From the NCBI RefSeq assembly GCF_009914755.1, contig NC_060942.1: a stretch of DNA of 64,000 bases; one strand, 5' to 3'. The stretch comes from the human T2T-CHM13v2.0 reference genome, Homo sapiens. A program made the position numbers and the translations under genes. Under the pieces are notes generated by a model. The model was not told the origin of the DNA and did not search any database. It saw nothing but the letters and a program-made list of their open reading frames with translations. Shown here piece after piece: positions 61,372-64,000 of the stretch; position 1 is the stretch's first letter; each line of letters opens with the position of its first letter.

Positions 61372-62045
61372 TAACTCACACATCCCTGTGACCCACAAAT
61401 GTCAGAATAGGGCACTATTAAATGACATTAAGTTCACCTCTCAGTTTCAGTTCTGCCCAACAAATGTAATCCCTAAGGAATCTCATTCTGTTCAAGGGAC
61501 ATCTCAACTTTCTGAAATAGGAGAATAGGTTTCCATCCCCTTCACCTTGGGAAATACTATAAAAAGTCATATCCCTGTGAATCACAACTTAACCACACAC
61601 TCAGGCAGGAGTGTGAAGGAGGTCTTCCTGTCTTTTTCGTATCTGAGCCCCTGGATCCCTTCTTGTGACCGGCACTTAGTGAATGGGAAAATAACCGTAA
61701 CAGCAACACCACCACTAACCACTATTCAACCTCTAGGACAACTATGAAGGGGGTAGATGTGCACAAGGGAGCCTAGGTGACAACGATGGGCCACTTGACT
61801 AACACAGTCACAGCATCCTATAATAAAAATCACTATAAATTCACAGAATTACAAGTAATAATAATTATAGCTAGCATATACTGTCCATCTACTAATACTG
61901 CTCTAGTGATTACTCTTGGTTTAACAACTTTAGACATCATCTACTGACTTCTTATCACAGACATAAAAATTGAGGTCTTATCCCACATCCCTTTCTGCTC
62001 CTTACATCCTAATGAAGTTATGACTTTGAATTAAGTTTATATTTA

Positions 62046-62356
<311 letters not shown>

Positions 62357-63159
62357 GACAACACATTAGAATCTATTACTCTATGTTTATTATTGAGCTA
62401 AGTAATGTTCTCTGATTACATTTCCTTTCTTATAGTTTGTTTTTCCTGGAGTTAATAATTGTCTTTTTTTATTCCAATCATTTTCTTAAACTTATGGTTT
62501 TAAGACTTCCCACAACCTCCAACAGCTCTGTAAAATATCTTTCAATCAAAACTTACATACTGTCAACCTGTCAAGTCTTCTGTCAGTTCCATTTTCCCCT
62601 TGAGTTTCCCCCACAGAGCTCCCTATTCTCTGGTCCACTCAGAACCAACTTTCCTGACTCCCTAGACCTACTTTACTCTTGTCACTCACACCTTCACCCT
62701 TCTTCTCTCTCTGGAGCTAGATCCCAGGTTTACTGGATCACATCTGCTTTGTTGTACTTGCTAATTTTGATGAACTATCCTCCAAGAGCCTCCTGAGAGA
62801 GTGTGTGGAGGTATATCAGGATAGAATGGTTTATGCTTCAGTAGCACACAACCTCAAGAATTTAGCAACTTTAATACTAAACGTTTATTTCTCACTCCAT
62901 GACATAATCACTGGGGATTACCAGCTGGAAGCAATGTTCCACATCTCCTCACTACAGAATCTAAGCTACCCAAAGAGTCATTATCACAAGCATTGTAGCT
63001 CACTGAGACAGACTAAAGGAAACAGCATAGTGAAGCTTCCACCTGGAGGTATCCCACATCATTTCTGCTTATATTTGATATGGCCACACCAAATCAAAGA
63101 GGAAAAAGGAGAATGGAAAATACTTGTTGAATAGCACTAATGACTATTGCAGGAGATTA

Positions 63160-64000
<841 letters not shown>

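Overview
This is primate, almost certainly human, genomic DNA, not prokaryotic. It holds the 3' half of MAPK4 (ERK4, an atypical MAP kinase) on the + strand. Four coding exons (14821-14965, 21681-21842, 25705-25918, 28901-29597) splice GT-AG in one frame and encode the SEG activation loop, the SPR motif, the FRIEDE docking motif and the C-terminal tail. A ~2 kb 3'UTR ends near AATAAA at 31546, followed by ~32 kb of repeat-rich intergenic sequence. About 28 Alu-family elements plus L1, L2, MIR, LTR and DNA-transposon fossils are visible. Repeat family names come from recalled consensus sequences, not a RepeatMasker run, and repeat boundaries are approximate. Almost all short ORFs in the track are Alu-derived or chance. 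I found no well-supported new biological system. The most notable oddities are: a 171-bp templated insertion copied into an old L1 fragment 1.3 kb away; a poly(A) signal that appears to come from a duplicated transposon junction; tandem exon-5 splice donors 12 nt apart; and a frame-symmetric exon bracketed by inverted Alus.
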